This document shows, piece after piece, positions 25,064 through 39,017 of a stretch of DNA of 64,000 bases (positions are counted from its first letter, which is position 1; each line of letters starts with the position of its first letter). Origin of the DNA: Octopus sinensis (lineage: Eukaryota); assembly GCF_006345805.1 (NCBI RefSeq), contig NC_042997.1:43152001-43216000 (forward strand), written 5' to 3'. A model generated the notes under the pieces. It ran no database searches and was not told where the DNA came from. It worked only from the letters and a program-made list of their open reading frames with translations. The position numbers and the translations under genes were made by a program.

Positions 25064-25095
<32 letters not shown>
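24895..25095 (+). mobile_element. Retroposon 3' tail ending in (GAT)n (RTE-related LINE or SINE tail)
   Basis: ...GGACGTTAAACGATGATGATG; a partial copy lies at 51676-51775. Confidence 0.7.
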
Positions 25096-25096
<1 letters not shown>

Positions 25097-25297
25097 AATA
25101 CACTGATAATAACGACAGTAATCAACCACCCGAAGGCAAACGAGCCAAGACAATCTCTCAGCATACATTTAAGTATTTAGATTCACGTGGATCGGTTTCT
25201 AGACTGGCTTAATAGCTTATATTATTGATTGTGTTATTATCGTGTAAATGTATATGCGTATATTCACAGTAACGCGGCAACTTTTCAAATCTTAATT

Positions 25298-25650
25298 CTT
25301 TTACGCTTTTATTCTTTTACATGTTTCAGTCATTTGACCGGGGCCATGTTGGAGCACCAGCTTTTAGTCGAAGAAATCGATCCCAGGACTTATTCTTTGT
25401 AAGCTTGCTACTCATTCAATCGGTCTCTTTTGCCGAACTATAATGTTACGGGGCCGTAAACACACCAACATCGGTTGTCAAGCGATGGTGGGGGGAGTGG
25501 GAAAAACACATACACATACACAAATATATACAAATACATACACAAACATACATACACACACACAGATTTAATATATATATATATAATATATATATATATA
25601 TATTATATATATATATACACACACATACATATATATATACACACACGTAC

Positions 25651-25687
<37 letters not shown>

Positions 25688-25868
25688 ATAATATATATAT
25701 ATACACGATAGGCTTCTTTTCAGTTTCCGTCTCCCAAATCCACTCACAAGGCTTTGGGAAGCCCACGGCTATAGTAGAAGACACCTGCCCAAGGTGCCAC
25801 GCAGTGGGACTGAACCCAGAACCATGTGGTTGGTAAGCAAGCTTCTTACCACACAGTCAACCTGTGCG
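25298..25868 (-). mobile_element. tRNA-derived SINE with expanded internal (TA)/(CA) tract
   Basis: Homologous to 20284-20658. Confidence 0.88.
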
Positions 25869-26652
25869 TATGTTTACATAATCTTACAATTCCGCGACAA
25901 ATAACCACTTATGTCAATATCCGTTCATAAATGAATAAAAACAAAAAAAAAAAAAAATCAAAACAATTCGCTCCATCCTTCTTTGACGACATTTAAGTTG
26001 CTAACGGCGAAATTGAAGTTGATGACAACGTAATCAAGGCTAATAACGAAACTGCCTCTGACAATGACGAATTTGACAATGACGAATTTGACAATGACGT
26101 TGACATGATTGGGCTTGGTAATATTGAATTTGAATGGTAAACCCTGTACATATGCATACATACATATATACATACATGCATATATTATATATATTATATT
26201 ATATTATATTATATTATATAGTGTATAAATGCATATGTATGTGTGCGTGCAAGTATGTGTGTGCTTGTATTTCCGCACCGGAAAAAATGCTTATGAGCAT
26301 TTCTTCCGCCGAAGTCGACTTCGCCTTTAATCCTATTGGTATCGATAAAATAATTATCAATCAGGTGCCGTGGTCGGTATAATCGACTAACCCCTTCACC
26401 GAAATTGCGGGCCTTATTTCAAAACATTGAAGCCAATGTTTATAAAAATGTATAAAATGTGCATATAAAATATACGCTGGCGTTGTGCTGTAAATAATCT
26501 CGCTCCGAAATGTCTTTCACTTCCTTTATTTATGCAGGGTGTCCATTTATTACCATTACAGTTTGAAAAATTCAGGAAAAAAATGAAAAATATGGATAAT
26601 TCAGCAGAGTTTATTGGAAAACGTAGGCGAAAAACTAAAGTTTTATTAAAAA

Positions 26653-27165
26653 CTAGCAGTATCGTCCGGCGTTGCTCGGGTTTGTAAGGGAAATAACTAT
26701 ATAAGCATTTTTAGAGAGTTACTTCCCTTATAGATGCCAATTCGGGCTTTCTTAGCCATTTCTGTTTTGGTGTCTTCAAGCCATGAAGTCGTTGTTCTAA
26801 AAGAACGCTGGTCTCCTTGACAACGCTTTACGACGTTGATTTCCTTACACTCCCTTTCCCACAGCTTCACGAGGGAGGGAAGAAGGGGGAGAAGCAAACA
26901 GGTGCAGGTGTGACCATGGACGCCAACTCCGCCGCCATCGACACACGAAAAATTATGCATTAAAATGGAATAAAAAATTATGTTAAATTATTTTAAAAAT
27001 CGTAGACTCGTCGTAGACGCACACTAATAGCCAGACGGGCTCGATATGAATCACGACTATAAGATACCCGGTTTTGGTTAAACTGCACCGCAAAATGTGG
27101 GAGTAGTTAGGAATCTAAATCGTAGGAGACAGACACTCACACAACTACAGTTTTATATAAATAGA
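26653..27165 (-). mobile_element. Non-autonomous Helitron (copy D)
   Basis: A|TC...CTAG|T; the 3' ~100 bp is shared with copy A, while the 5' part differs. Confidence 0.8.
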
Positions 27166-27884
27166 TATCAGCACACTTGCATGTGAGTTCCACTGGTTGC
27201 AAGCAACACATCTCGGCGATAAATTGTGAAAGTTGTGAGGATAATTTATGGAAACCTTCTCATATATACAGCTGTGGGTTAAAAGTCACGCACCAAGATA
27301 TTTGGCATTTTCTTTATATCACGTAATTACTAATGTTATTTAATTTGTTCATCCTGTACGTGTGCATTCGGTATTCTTCTCTTCATTTTATTCATTATTA
27401 GATAAGCATGTCATTGAGCGCATTGAACTTTGAACATATTGAACTTGCTTTGTGAGTGACTTTAGGGTTACCCTGTACATGTGTGTGTGCGTGTGTGCAT
27501 ATATATCGAAAGACCCTTGTCCTACGTCCTGGTTCTGTTTTGTTTTTTATCCTTACCGTTATTGTTTTTACGTTTTTGTATTCTTATTCGTGCTTTCCTT
27601 ATTGTTGTCACGTATTCTGTATTTTTATTCGTGTACTTCGTTCGTTTTCCGTCCTCGTGTTGTATACATTCGAAGCTTTCTTCCAAGGGATCTAATGCAC
27701 TTGGCTTAGATTTCCCTTGGGGGCTGCCCAGATCGGAGCAATCTCAAGATTAATCAGCCAAAATTGCGAAGATGATCTGGTTCTTGACTGATAACTGAGG
27801 GCTTCGAATGTCCCGTCCCGTGGTTCTTGTGTCGTCTCTTTGGTGTTTCATGTTCTTGTCCATATCTGTATTTATTTTTTACTG

Positions 27885-27954
<70 letters not shown>

Positions 27955-28214
27955 AACCAGCTTAGAGAAGAAGAAGAAACGAAACGAAACCAAACGAATC
28001 GAATCGAATCGACGCGAAGGCGCTCAGTCATACAATAGTGTAATAAATAAAATATATGCATACATACAAACATATATGTACGTACCTACATCTACATGTA
28101 TATATACATGCATATTTAAATATATATACGTGTGTACAGGACACTACAAATAGACGTAGAACTCAACGAGAAACGAAAACGTAAAAACAGCATGGAACGG
28201 ACCATTCCTTTAAC

Positions 28215-28367
<153 letters not shown>

Positions 28368-29345
28368 TATATATATGTATTGTTGTATTTCAGGATGGTC
28401 ATTTTTTTTTTTGTTTTGGCTAAAATGAACATCCCGAAATACAACGATATCCGTTTTAACACACAATTTCACATCAGGAATCTTGCAACACAAATTGATA
28501 ACGGTATACCTATATTACATTAAAAGTGAACTTCAATCTTGCTTGCTTGCAATGTTACACAGCCAAACCGGCGCATAATGGGAAAATACTTTGAAAGTGA
28601 TGCGCCCCTGAAATGTGAATGTAAACAGAATAGATCGGACCAGTGGTTATTGAAATATTCGGTATTTTGGGGGTATAAATACCCAAAACGGTGCATAATT
28701 GGAAAATACTCTGAAAATAACTTAACCCTGAAAGGAAAGAAATTCTGATCTTTCTATTAGACACATTATAATGGGCAAAATATTTTAAAGTGAAAATGAC
28801 TTAAAAAATACAGTATATATTTCGTAAAACTAGTTCGTAAACTCCATGTGAAATAGTTTTTTTCGATAGTTTTCTTTCGAGTGCATTCAACGTATCTCAC
28901 CTCTAAAGATTTGGCTCCTATTTCTAGCACGCCATAGTACCACGTAACAGCTATTTTTGATAAAGGACCCGAAATACATTTTATGTGGTAGCAGGGCGTG
29001 CAAAAAATAGCAGCCAGATCTTTCCTTTTCTGAGGAAAGGAGCCGTTTATTCGTGATTTTGATGTCATATTCGTTGGAAGTATGCGAAATAACCTGGAAA
29101 AGAAAAAAAAAACCTACGAAACAAAATTCCGTTGCTGGGGAACTCAGACTTTCCCGGTACCTTGAATTATTGGTGACCCAACGGATCACGGATAGTCTAA
29201 GATATACATATATATATAAGCATTGAAGATAACGATTTTGCGATAAAAAATATTCCCCACTTCAATTTATTTTTACTATTCTTCGTTAATCTTTGGATTC
29301 TAAACTACAATTCTACGCTTTGAAATCTTAAATCCTAGGCAATAA

Positions 29346-29415
29346 ACCCTAAACCCTAAACCCTAAACCCAAAACCCTAAACCCAAAACCCTAAACCTTA
29401 AACCCAAAACACTAA
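29346..29415. repeat. Degenerate (CCCTAAA)n telomere-like array
   Basis: aaaccctaaaccctaaaccctaaacccaaaaccctaaa... Confidence 0.85.
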
Positions 29416-29495
29416 GGCGAACCTAATTTTTCTTTGTTATTTTCTCTTCTTCAAAAAGTCGAAAATAAAAAGGAAATAGATACAGTCTTATGTAA

Positions 29496-29816
29496 TTGAA
29501 AAATAATTTTTATGCGCCCTTTTTAAGCCTAGCCAGGCTCATGGGCCCGGTTTCCCGGTTTCTGTGGCGTATGTGCTCCCCCCCCCAGCTGGACGGGACG
29601 CCAGTCCATCGCAGCGTTACTCAAGAAACAGGAAGAAAGAGTGAGAGAAAGTTGGGGCGGAAGAGTACAACAGGGGTCACCACCACCCCCTGCCGGAGCC
29701 TCGTGGAGCTTTAGGTGTTTTCGCTCAATAAACACACACAACGCCCGATCTGGGAATCGAAACCGTGATCCTCCGATCGCGAGTCCGCTGCCCTAACCAC
29801 TGGGCCATTGCGCCTC
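29496..29816 (-). mobile_element. tRNA-derived SINE
   Basis: 14-bp TSD ACAGTCTTATGTAA at 29482-29495 and 29817-29830; same head as the 15233 SINE with a different tail. Confidence 0.92.
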
Positions 29817-29884
29817 ACAGTCTTATGTAAGAATCCTTAAAAAGGGTACAATAGATACACACACACACACACACACACCACACA

Positions 29885-30030
29885 TACGACGGGATTCTTT
29901 CAGTTTCGCCCACCAGATCCACTCGATCCGAGTCTATAGTAGAATACACTTGCCCGAGTCGCCACATCAAGTGCAACTGAACCCAGAACCAAGTAGTTGG
30001 AAAGCAAACTTTTTATTACATAGTCACATA
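29885..30030 (-). mobile_element. Degraded SINE head fragment
   Basis: Homologous to the 20284 family. Confidence 0.7.
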
Positions 30031-31116
30031 TGATTATACAATTATATATTATGTAATACATAATTTTTGATGACCAATCCTGATTAAATGACTTATTCAT
30101 CACCGGTTCAAGATTACCTCAATTTGGCCTCCCCTATTGGGGAAGGCATACAAACCAGAAATTCACTTAGGAACCCAATAGAGGGCACCACTGAGTTGAT
30201 AATGTAGTATTTACACCTTTGCTGCAAGCGAGAATTATTTCTCCACGGTAAACCGTAATGAAATTGCCTTTAAAAATTAACATATGTCCCGAACATCTTT
30301 GTATTAACCTAAAGTTTGTTGATTTCCCATTACTACTTCGCGCTACGACTTCCGGTGCATTTAATCAGACCGGGCTGTCTACGGGCGCCAACCGATCACT
30401 GTTATTGACTGATTCATTATAAAGCTAGTTAGAAAATCACCATAAGAGATTTACTAAAATACTAATATATTTAAATAACAGTGCTCTGCTAAAGTATTTT
30501 ATAGATGTGTGCATATTGTGCGCGTGTTCGTGGTCTAAATGTATAAACCAGAGTGATGTTTTTGCAATGAAGGATGTAAGGGGTCTAAAGTGAAGTTATA
30601 AATTCTACTGAATGAATCGTTTTCTCTTTTCGTCCACTATTTTGATTAATGCATATGTCGAATTCAGCCGGGCAGCTATTGTACTTCCCTTGCATTTGTG
30701 GCAATGGAAATAGAGTGAGGATGACTGACAAATTTGAAGGGATTAAAAGAAAAACCTCCTATTTAACAATAAACATGCGTGATGAAACAGTAATTTCAAC
30801 AGGGAGTAGCGGAAGTATGTTAAATGAGATCACTTGATAAAACATATTGACACCGGAGTACAGCAGCGTAATTTTGTAAGATAAGAATATAATGCTCTTA
30901 AGTTTCGGCTCACATTCATCTATTAGTGAGATACAAGTGGAACGGCATAAAATAAAACAGCTCGTTAATTAGGTAACTAAGCAAGGACATTGAAGGGTGA
31001 GAAAACTTTGCCGCAGCACTTAAGTATACACTTAACAAGAGAAAGAAGGAAACGTTTATTTAGTCAAGTTTGTTGTTCCAAAAGCAGCAGATCTTTTTTT
31101 GGCTGAAACTTTTATG

Positions 31117-32121
31117 GGATCTTTTCACTTTCATCGGCAGATCGAGAAATTATTTTTTTGTAACTAAACACTTTCAAACTTCGGACATTGGTAGAATGTG
31201 TCATATAAAACATTTTTTACTCTTAGCGTTTGATTGATTGATTCTAGTTTCAGCTCATGAGCTTGAGAAAAGTTTCTATTTACAAAGTTATTTCCTGTTA
31301 AAGTTATCGTATTTTGGTAATTTCAACCAATCAATGACGTGTATTCAGCTGAATAAAATTACTGCTGTTGTTTGTCAACAACAACTATCGGTGGTGTATT
31401 TTTCATTTGTCACTGTTATTTATGACATCGTTCGTGCGTTCGTACTGATTTTAGTTTTAGGGCTTTAGGGTTAGGGTTATGGTTTTAGGTTATGGTTTTA
31501 GGGTTAGGGCTAGGGTTTCGGAAAAAGTAAAAAATGAAGAAATTGGAGGAGGGAGGGGTAAGGGGGCCAAAAGTTTCAAAATTCCGATTTTTGGCAATTT
31601 TCCGGAATCTCCGTATCCGAAAAGGTGGGTTTTTGGCAAAAATTTTTTTTTTAAAACAATAATTTGCAAGAAAATGGGGTGGAGGTGGGAAGAAGTCTTT
31701 CCGAAAATAGCTGAAAAACAGGTAAAAAAAATCCTAAAAAGCAGTAGAAATGCACGAACGATTATGGTGATGTCATGAAGTAAACGTGCTTCAGATAAAC
31801 TCGTTTATTCATACAAATGTAACTGAGATGTTATAACAGTGAGAAACGAAATAACAGTGAGAAACGAAATATACACCACCGATAGATGTTGTTGACAAAA
31901 CAATAGCAGTAATTTTATTCAGGTTGACACGTCATTGATTGGTTGAAATCACCGAAATACGATAACTTTAACAGGAAATAACTTTGTAAATAGAAACTTT
32001 TCTCAACAACGCTAAGAGTAAAAAATGTTTTATATGACACATTCTACCAGTGTCCGAAGTTTGAAAGTGTTTAGTTACAAAAAAATAATTTCTCGATCTG
32101 CTGATGAAAGTGAAAAGATCC
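31117..32121. mobile_element. ~1-kb GG-terminal fold-back element with ~300-bp TIRs and internal TTAGGG-like repeats
   Basis: GGATCTTTTC...GAAAAGATCC ends; flanks CTTTTATG / CTGTTATG (7 of 8 match, TSD). Confidence 0.85.
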
Positions 32122-33201
32122 CTGTTATGTTTATTTACTCTACATCATAATATTTCTGAACACGTTTCTTTTATTGGTGTTTACTGGTAACATACTGTAG
32201 CGTTGGTAGGAAAAAAAAGGCTTATTGTAAGTATATATAGGCATCATTTACTGCTACATTAATACAGAAGGTATTCATGCAATAAAACAAAAGTACATTT
32301 TATATGAAACGACCTATATTACAAGCATGGGACATCTCTGTCAGAAATTCAATATTTAGGCTAATTTTTACACATCAATGCATATTCTTGTTGCCATGTT
32401 GCCGCGGTATGTTTCTTCATCTATCATGCCGGGTTGAATATTTAGCTGTGAAGACAGCTATAAGTCGAAAGAAAGCTCCACCAAGGACTTAATCACTCTG
32501 CTCTTTTCGCGCTAAAATAAGCTGTATTTGTTGACTCTTTTCACAGAAAGTCCTCGTCATGTCGCCAGACTATCAGGTGAACCAAAGTCGTTGACCAGAT
32601 GGAAATTGTATTAGTACGTTTGATCAACATGTGATTTCCATGCCAAACGTGGGGTCGAATCCAACTGTTATAACTTTAAACAATAAACACCAGGTGTAGG
32701 CAAAGCCGTGTAAAGACGTTTACAGCGCAATCATATCGCCCTAGATTCGCCCCCTTTCTACGGCACTTTGGACAAATGTCTTTTACCACAGCTTCAGGTT
32801 GACTAAAGATTATGGGTAAAACTGGATTAACACAACCTGTGTGGATGCCCTTCGAATGGATTGTACCAGTCAACAGACATGGTAGACAAAATCCGCCACC
32901 CGGGGGTTGACAATACTACCTCGGTCCTTTACTTCCTTTAACATATTCTAAACTGTGCAAACCTTCGAACCCGGTTTCCAGTTTAAGGATGATTCGATAT
33001 TTTGATGCATTACTTCACCTGCAGCAACCTATGTGTCGTATTGCCTTCCTTTTTCGATAACAGAGACCCCCCACCCTTGCAAAAAGGTCTTGGATGTTGC
33101 CGTTCTTCCTCATGACATGGAGCTCCAATCATTGTCGACGCCTGTAGGCAAGGCCCATGGAGTGACATACTATTTATTCGGTCAGTCTAATTTCTTAGGA
33201 C

Positions 33202-33256
<55 letters not shown>

Positions 33257-34163
33257 ACACTTCAAGATTTTTCTGTCTTTAATCGATTATTTTTAAGTGA
33301 ATCAGACTGTCGCTCTAGAGATCCTATTGTCATTATACTCTTTTTCAAGCGTGCACTTTAGTCATTCAGATCAATCAGATCAATCAGTAACGTGGGGAAT
33401 AAAGCAAGAGCTGCAAGCTAAAGAGGAATCCTCTTTGTGGTCGTGCGTCTTACTAGAAATTACGGTCAAACTTTCCACAAACCACACTCTACTTAATATA
33501 TCAAAAAAGGAACGATACATTTGATAATGTACTTCTGCCTGGGGGAAAAGATGGATGGTCCCAGCAAGTACTCTTTTGACTGTTGTTCAGCTTTACGATA
33601 TCTGGCCTGGAGTTTAAGAACAACAAATGACTCTTGTCTATAAATCTTTATCTTGTTTTCTTAATGAACCACAACAGCAACAAGGATGAAAACAACATAT
33701 TCATTGTAAATAGATGATATATAAATTTCTTTCAAATATTTTCATGCTTTAATATTACAGTTATTTTAGACACTATATATTCCTATCCCAGTAAGATAAA
33801 TAAAAATAGGAATTGTTGTTTTCAAATAGTGTTGATTTTTTATGCTTTGTTCGCCAGAAGTTTGATATCGTTTATTCTGCTGCATTTTACCTGAAAACAG
33901 AAGCAAATAAGAAGCATATATATAATATTTTTGTTATCTTTAGACAAAGTCAGACGAATATTTCCAAATCTTGTATGAAACAAATTGCAAAAGAGAATAA
34001 ACACACGTCGTCTGTCTATTATAAAGGTGAACTACATAATTCATTGAACACTTATGTATGTATAATTTCATGCATTATTAAAGCCTATACAGTATTAGTC
34101 TGTTGCTCTGTGGGGTCGATGCTTAGCACCATAAGGATAAGAGGAAACATCAAAAGATTCGTA

Positions 34164-35105
34164 TTAGGTTGTCAAGAAAGTTCTTGCGGAATTTTAAATT
34201 TTGGTTTTAAATGATGTATTTTCAAATTATTTTTCGTTAAATTACTTTGACTTAATAAATCATTTTAAAGCCCGTTTTTTGCTCTATTTAATCGTGTTAC
34301 TCTTTTTCTTTTTGAATAATTAGGCCATTTTTTCCGGAACGTTGAATACAACAGACAAAAAGCAAATTCGCACAATTTTCTTATTCCAGTTCATGCTAGG
34401 CCGAAAAGCTGCTGAAACAGCTCGCGATATCAATGATGCATTTGGCCCAGGAACCATTAATGAACGTACAGCACAATGGTGGTTCAAGAAATTTCGTAGT
34501 GGTGACGAGAGTCTTGAAGATGATAAGCGTAGTGGTCGACCATCGGATGTTGACAACGATCAACTAAGAGCCTTAGTCGAAGCTAATCCACGCACAACTG
34601 TTCGAGAGCTTGCTTCTGAATTAGACGTAACGTAAGCGACAATTTCCAACCACTTGAAAGAGATTGGAAAAACAAAAATTCTTGAGAAATGGGTGCCGCA
34701 CGAATTGAAGGACAACCCCCCAAAACGCCCGTTTTGAAGTGTCGTCTTCCCTTCTGTTATGCAGCAATAACGACTCGTTTCTCGACCGGATTGTGACTTG
34801 CGAGGAAAAGTGGATTCTTTACAACCGGCGACGCTCAGCTCAGTGGTTGGACGCCGATGAAGCTTCACGGCACTTCCCGAAGCCAAAGTTGCACCAAAAG
34901 AAGGTCATAGTGACTGTTTGGTGGTCTGCGGCCGGTCTCATCCATCACAGCTTTTTGGATCCAGGCGAAACCATTACGGCGGAGAAGTACTGTCAGCAAA
35001 TGGATGAAATGCATAAGAAACTCCGACAACAACAGCCAGCATTGGTTAAAAGAAAAGGACCAATTCTTCTCCACAACGCTCGGCCGCACGTCGCACAACT
35101 GACCC
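34164..35105 (+). mobile_element. mariner (DD34D-type) transposon relic, 3'-truncated
   Basis: TA|TTAGGTTG TIR; GRKAAETARDI, WFKKFRSGD, RSGRP, WVPHEL, IVTCEEKWILY and NARPHVA motifs. Confidence 0.92.
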
Positions 35106-35921
35106 TGACGACTACTACCATCACCACCACCAACAGCAACAACAACAACAACAACAACACCTTTATAAAAACTGATGCTTGCAAAGTGAAAAAGGGTTCG
35201 CAAATGTATGGAGTTTATTTATGAGAACCAGGAATAGGAAATGCAAAAACTAACCTCACCAAAATAGCAGAACAATATGCTTAAACATAATACAACAAGC
35301 TCGAGGGGAAACTCAAAGGAAAACAATAAAAGGCAAATGTAATGGATTCAAAATGCAACAATTTGAGTGCGATGAAGGACCGGATTGAAAAGCGCCCTAA
35401 ACCGATCTGGGAGCATAAACCGACACTGCAACCCCACCACCACCACCACCACCACCACCAAAAAAAGAAGTATCGCCAACATCACTGCAACCCCCAAAGA
35501 AACCCTACCAATACCACTTAATCATACTACAAACCTAAACATAGAGATGCTCAAATGCGCAGAAATATCTCTCTTCTCCCGGATAGAGATTTCTCTGTCT
35601 GCAAAAATTCAGTTTGCGAAGAAATCCTATGACAAGAATTATCAGAATGGCAAATTTGATGAACGATAGATGGGAAATGGCAAGGATGGTCCTAGTGAAT
35701 GCGCCTACTCTGAGCAGGGGCTTGTAAATTGAGGGAGGAGCAAAGGGAGAGAGCATGTGTCCTAATGGTCTGGGTGGCCGCAGTTTGTGGGATTGTCACT
35801 GACAACCCTCGGAAGTTTCCCCTCTCTCCTATTGAGGAATCATTTCTTGTATGAATCGTTGGTTTCTTTGTTACTAATATTTTTATGTTTACACGCTTTT
35901 TTAGTAACCCCACATTATATT

Positions 35922-36308
35922 GTGGATGGAAGCACTCCGTCGGTTACGACGACGAGGGTTCCGGTTGATCCGACCAACGGAACAGCCTGCTCGTGAAATT
36001 AACGTGTAAGTGGCTGAGCACTCCACAGACACGTGTACTCTTAACGTAGTTCTCGGGGATATTCAGCATGACACAGAGAGTGACAAGGCCGGCCCTTTGA
36101 AATACAGGTACAACAGAAACAGGAAGAAAGAGTGAGAGAAAGTTGTGGTGAAAGAGTACAGCAGGGATCACCACCATCCCTGCCGGAGCCTCGTGGAGCT
36201 TTAGGTGTTTTCGCTCAATAAACACTCACAACGCCCGGTCTGGGAATCGAAACCGCGATCCTACGACCGCGAATCCGCTGCCCTAACCACTGGGCCATTG
36301 CGCCTCCT
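35922..36308 (-). mobile_element. Full-length tRNA-derived SINE
   Basis: Near-identical to 15233-15620; 10-bp TSD ACATTATATT. Confidence 0.92.
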
Positions 36309-36407
36309 ACATTATATTATATTGTACTGTATCGACCTGAGACGTAGTCGATCTTTTTGAAAATCCTTAGTGGTTAATAAAGAAACCAATATTATTATTA
36401 TTTATTA

Positions 36408-36950
36408 AGGCGATGAGCTGGCAGAATTGCCAGCGCATCCGGCAAAATGCGAAGGTCAACTTTGTTTTTCATCTTTCCAGAGTTGATAAGTACCAATCAA
36501 GTGGTGGAGTCGAGGTAATCGGCTAAACTACTTCTGTTAACAGAAAGAATTATTACCATTCAGTAGCGAGCTGGCAGAATCGTTATCGCACCGACTAAAT
36601 GCTTAGTGACATTTCGTCTGACTATTTACGTTCTGAGACCAAACTCCACCGAGGTCGACTTTGTCTTTCATCCTTGCAGGGTCGATAAAAGTAATACAGG
36701 CTGACCACTAGAGTCGACGTAATCTATTTCTCCTCCTCTCAGATTTGCTAGCCTTGTGCCAAAGCTAGAAAAAATCGTTATTTAGGCGGTGGCTTGGCAG
36801 AATCGTCAGAGCATCGGTAAAGTGCTTTGTGCTTTTTCTTACGTTTAAATTCTCTGCTTGTAATCCTTCCGGAGTCTATAACATAAAGTACCAGTCGTGA
36901 GCTGAGGTCCATATAATCAACGATTTCCTCTTCAAAGAAAGCAGAACGAA
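36408..36950 (+). mobile_element. Three tandem, diverged SINE copies (21373 family)
   Basis: Repeated GGCG..GAGCTGGCAGAA heads near 36410, 36565 and 36785. Confidence 0.7.
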
Positions 36951-36965
36951 ACTAATATTATATCA

Positions 36966-37373
36966 CTAGCAGCATAGCCCGGCGTTGCCCGGGTATGTAA
37001 GAGCCCCTAGTAGGCAACGACTAATCCCAATCTAGTTCTTTCCCTCTGGGGAACGAAGGCGCATGTGTAGGTTGCAATGTTTTCTCTTCACTCGAATACT
37101 TCTATGTATACGATGTTCCTAGCTGTCTCCCGACAGAAAATGTGTTGCATATAAAAAGCTTAGATTCTCGACCCCATGTCGAATTTATCGATTTTTTTCA
37201 GAACTGGGGGAACTTTTCAAAATTTTCGCTGCGTTAGTTTTGAATTATGACATTGGGCTATGTGTGTGTCAAGTTTCATCAGAATTGGTTGAAAGCCGTG
37301 GTCAGGGTGAGGGTACAACCTGACAGCCACACAGACACACAGACAGACAAACTGCCGTTTATATATATAGAGA
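36966..37373 (-). mobile_element. Non-autonomous Helitron (copy B)
   Basis: A|TC...hairpin...CTAG|T; 5' module shared with A and C, 3' module shared with C. Confidence 0.82.
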
Positions 37374-37802
37374 TAAAATAGTGAAAGAGTTTGGAATTGA
37401 GAATTGTAAATCTGATACCGAAAAAAAAAGAAAAGAAAAGAAACAAAAGACTACATAAATTTAATCGAGAAATCTGCAAACTGGTAAATATTGCATTCAA
37501 GAATATTTAAAAGTAGGATGGGGAAATAAAAATGCAAAGAAGGTAGAAAACCCACTATTACAGACAAACTTTCCAATGATATCCAGTTCCCTTCCTTTGC
37601 ATCACTTATATTTATCGGAAAGAAATGAATGCTTTAACTTCCCGTTTCAACGTCACCGATCCTTATACTCACTCTGCCTGTGAAAAGGATGGGAACCCTT
37701 TGTGAATGGGAAAATATTTCAGTATTGCGTTCCCTCGTTTGCTCACTGTCTTTCTGACCGCCCGTCTGTCTGTCTCTTTGTCTCTGTCTGTCACTCTGTC
37801 TG

Positions 37803-37804
<2 letters not shown>

Positions 37805-37882
<78 letters not shown>
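37805..37882. repeat. (CT)n microsatellite
   Basis: Directly visible. Confidence 0.97.
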
Positions 37883-37886
<4 letters not shown>

Positions 37887-38185
37887 TCTGTAAAGAATGT
37901 ATAATTTTGAGAATAAAAACACTTGAATTCTGAGATAAAAAAAAAAAATAATAATTCACTTAAATTATTGTACGTAACGGATGTAGAAACAATCTCTTCA
38001 AAACAAAAATCGGTGACGTTACTAAAAGCGCTCCCCTTCCGAAATTAAAATGGACGACTCTGTAAGAAGCTAGTTTAAGTAAGAAACCAATTCTGCAGTC
38101 GGGGAAACGGTGAGAAAGTAATATATTTAACATTAGATTTAAAAGTAAAGAAGTCTTTCAATCCACATATATATATATATATATA

Positions 38186-38967
38186 CTAGCAGCATAGCCC
38201 AGCGTTGCCCGGGTATGTAAGAGCCCCTGGTAGGCAACGAATAATCCCATTCTACTCCTTTCCCTCTAGGGAACGAAGGCGCATGTGTAGGTTGCAATGT
38301 CTTCTCTTCACTCCCAAATAACTATCAAACAGCTATCGATAATTCAACCCAACCAATTCCGACCTGGAAGAAATTACATTTGAGACTTTACCCCCCACTT
38401 CTACTAATAGCTGCTGCAGCCGCAAGTTATTCAAATACTTTTTTTGTTTACACTTTCTTTATAACTACCACCCCAAACGTTTTACCTTAAATTTTTGACG
38501 TACCCTAAGGGTCCTCGGACGCTACTTGCAAACTCTTGGTTTATTATAAACCGCTTTTGTCGTGTGCACCAAAAAACCTTTTCCATTCGTTTGTTCAGTT
38601 TGGTCACTTTTGACTTTTTCGTCGTTGTCACTCACATTGCTGCCCGCTTTTTTGCCGTTTTTGTACATTTTTATACATTTTAGGATACTTACCCCACGTG
38701 TTCTGAGAGTTAAAAAGGTCGAGTTGCGTCCCCTAGACAGTCTGTAGAAAACGTGTTGCATATAAAAAGCTTAGATTCTCGACCCATGTCGAATTTATCG
38801 ATTTTGTTTCAGAACTGGGGGAACTTTTCAAAGTTTTCACTGCGTTAGTTTTGAATTATGACATTGGGCTATGTGTGTGTCAAGTTTCATCAGAATCGGT
38901 TGAAAGCCGTGGTCAGGGTGAGGGTACGAGAAAACAGACACACAGAAACACATACAGACAAACTGCC

Positions 38968-38980
<13 letters not shown>
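38186..38980 (-). mobile_element. Non-autonomous Helitron (copy C, longer internal region)
   Basis: Ends shared with copy B; ~400 bp of extra internal sequence; the 5' end runs into (TA)n. Confidence 0.8.

Positions 38981-39014
<34 letters not shown>

Positions 39015-39017
<3 letters not shown>

Noticed and set aside
32101-32121. CTGATGA...GAAA hammerhead-like string
   Set aside because: No helix II or helix I; it is part of a MITE TIR.
32676-32900. Cys-containing ORF and an SVDWYNPF segment faintly like a CACTA transposase
   Set aside because: The similarity does not extend in any frame.
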